Shown: piece after piece, positions 62,856 through 64,000 of the stretch | Numbering within the stretch: the stretch's first letter is position 1 | Layout: every line of letters begins with the position of its first letter | DNA from: Meiothermus sp. | Lineage (GTDB): Bacteria; Deinococcota; Deinococci; Deinococcales; Thermaceae | NCBI GenBank assembly: GCA_033762915.1 | Contig: JANRLD010000027.1 | Coordinates: forward strand, 1 to 64,000 | Direction of reading: 5' to 3' | DNA: 64,000 nucleotides | Program-made: the position numbers and the translations under genes | Notes under the pieces: model-generated | Told to the model about the DNA's origin: nothing | What the model saw: the letters and a program-made list of their open reading frames with translations, nothing else | Databases searched by the model: none

Positions 62856-63890
62856 ATGCGTCCCGCTTTACCCCAAGCCCCGCTGATGAGCCGTAGCGTT
62901 ACGGTTCCGATGTGGTCGATTGTGATTGGGGGGTCGTTGCTGCTGCTGGGTCTGAGCTACGTCTGGTATCGTGGCAACACCCAGGCCCAAATGGAGGCCC
63001 AGATTAGGGATCTCGAGCTGCAAGCCAAGAGCCTACAGTTCAAGCTCGAGGCCGAGCAGGCACGTTCGGACGCGTACAGCGTGGAGGCGGTACAGGTGCA
63101 GCAGGATCTGAAGGTACTCGAGAGCGAGCTGAACCGGCTGCGCTCCAAGGTCAAGCTGCCCCCGGTACGCCTGACGCCCAACATCCCCAGCGCCCAGCCC
63201 GGGGTCCAGCCTGGCGTCCAGCCGAAGGCCGACCCATCCAGCCCCCGTGGGGCGGGTGAGCCGGTAGATCTGGGTGATCTGCTCCTGAGTCTGCGTTCGC
63301 AGTTGGGTAACTTCTCGGCGGAACTCGAGGTGGTGGCCGACACCATCGCCACGCCCCTAATCGACCCCCGCCCGTCCCGCCGCCGCAACTTCTCCACCGG
63401 CCTGCAAACGCCTGGGGTAGCGCTCTCCGACCTCAGGGCCCTGCCGCCAGTACGCTCCTCGGTTGGGAGGCTGCCCCCGGCCTGGGACAGCTTCATTCCT
63501 TCCGGGGTCCCGCTCCTCTCCGAGACCCGGGTCACCTCGACCTTCGGCTATCGGGGCAACCCGTTCAGCGGGCGCGGGGCCGAGTTCCACAACGGCATCG
63601 ACTTCGCGGCCCCGATGGGCACCCCGGTCTACGCCACCGCCTCGGGCACCGTGAGTGAGGTGGGCTGGAACCGCATCTTCGGTCTGATGGTGATGGTGGA
63701 TCACGGCAACGGCTACCACACCCTATACGGCCACCTCTCCCGCACCTATGTCGAGCGTGGCCAGCGCATCGGCCAAGCCGCGGCCTTGGGCGAAGTCGGC
63801 TCCACGGGCCGCTCCACCGGCCCCCACCTGCACTACACTGTCTTCCGATACGGCGCCTCGATAGACCCCGCACCATTCGTAAGCCAGTAG
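62856..63890 (+). CDS. M23 family metallopeptidase with coiled coil
   Basis: TM anchor, coiled coil, HNGID, YGHLS, STGPHLHY. Confidence 0.9.
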   Translation: MRPALPQAPLMSRSVTVPMWSIVIGGSLLLLGLSYVWYRGNTQAQMEAQIRDLELQAKSLQFKLEAEQARSDAYSVEAVQVQQDLKVLESELNRLRSKVKLPPVRLTPNIPSAQPGVQPGVQPKADPSSPRGAGEPVDLGDLLLSLRSQLGNFSAELEVVADTIATPLIDPRPSRRRNFSTGLQTPGVALSDLRALPPVRSSVGRLPPAWDSFIPSGVPLLSETRVTSTFGYRGNPFSGRGAEFHNGIDFAAPMGTPVYATASGTVSEVGWNRIFGLMVMVDHGNGYHTLYGHLSRTYVERGQRIGQAAALGEVGSTGRSTGPHLHYTVFRYGASIDPAPFVSQ

Positions 63891-64000
63891 ACCTGGGCCT
63901 TCAGGCGCCAAATGCCGGATGGCGCGGGGCAGCTCGCCCTTGTTTGCCCCCGTAGAGACCACCCGTACAGGGTGGCCCACCGGGGTGAAGCGTGCCCAAC

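Overview
GC-rich chromosomal segment that looks like Thermaceae (Meiothermus/Calidithermus-like; inferred from csaB plus its membrane partner, leaderless TANNNT-start genes and strong CTCGAG enrichment). It is mostly housekeeping and metabolic genes: ung, aspC, amylosucrase, XPB-like helicase plus DUF790 nuclease, csaB, udk, TPP riboswitch-thiB, rph, rdgB, a Fur/PerR regulator, a Mo-oxidoreductase, an RpiR-peptide ABC cluster, acs and an EPS mini-cluster. An IS982 end lies at the left edge and there are two nonsense-disrupted pseudogenes. I saw no rRNA, tRNA or CRISPR. Most unusual: (1) an operon of four translationally coupled paralogous membrane proteins with divergent cores joined by near-identical 86-bp junction repeats, followed by a winged-helix regulator and a NatAB-type exporter, which looks like a recombination-built cassette array; (2) a 58-aa secreted peptide ending in RCCSG, missed by the ORF track, between two paralogous winged-helix regulators whose divergent promoters share one operator architecture; (3) at least three families of small modular repeats that often start at stop codons; (4) an 82-bp tandem duplication bounded by CTCGAG. 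All product calls come from motif recognition by eye, not database searches.
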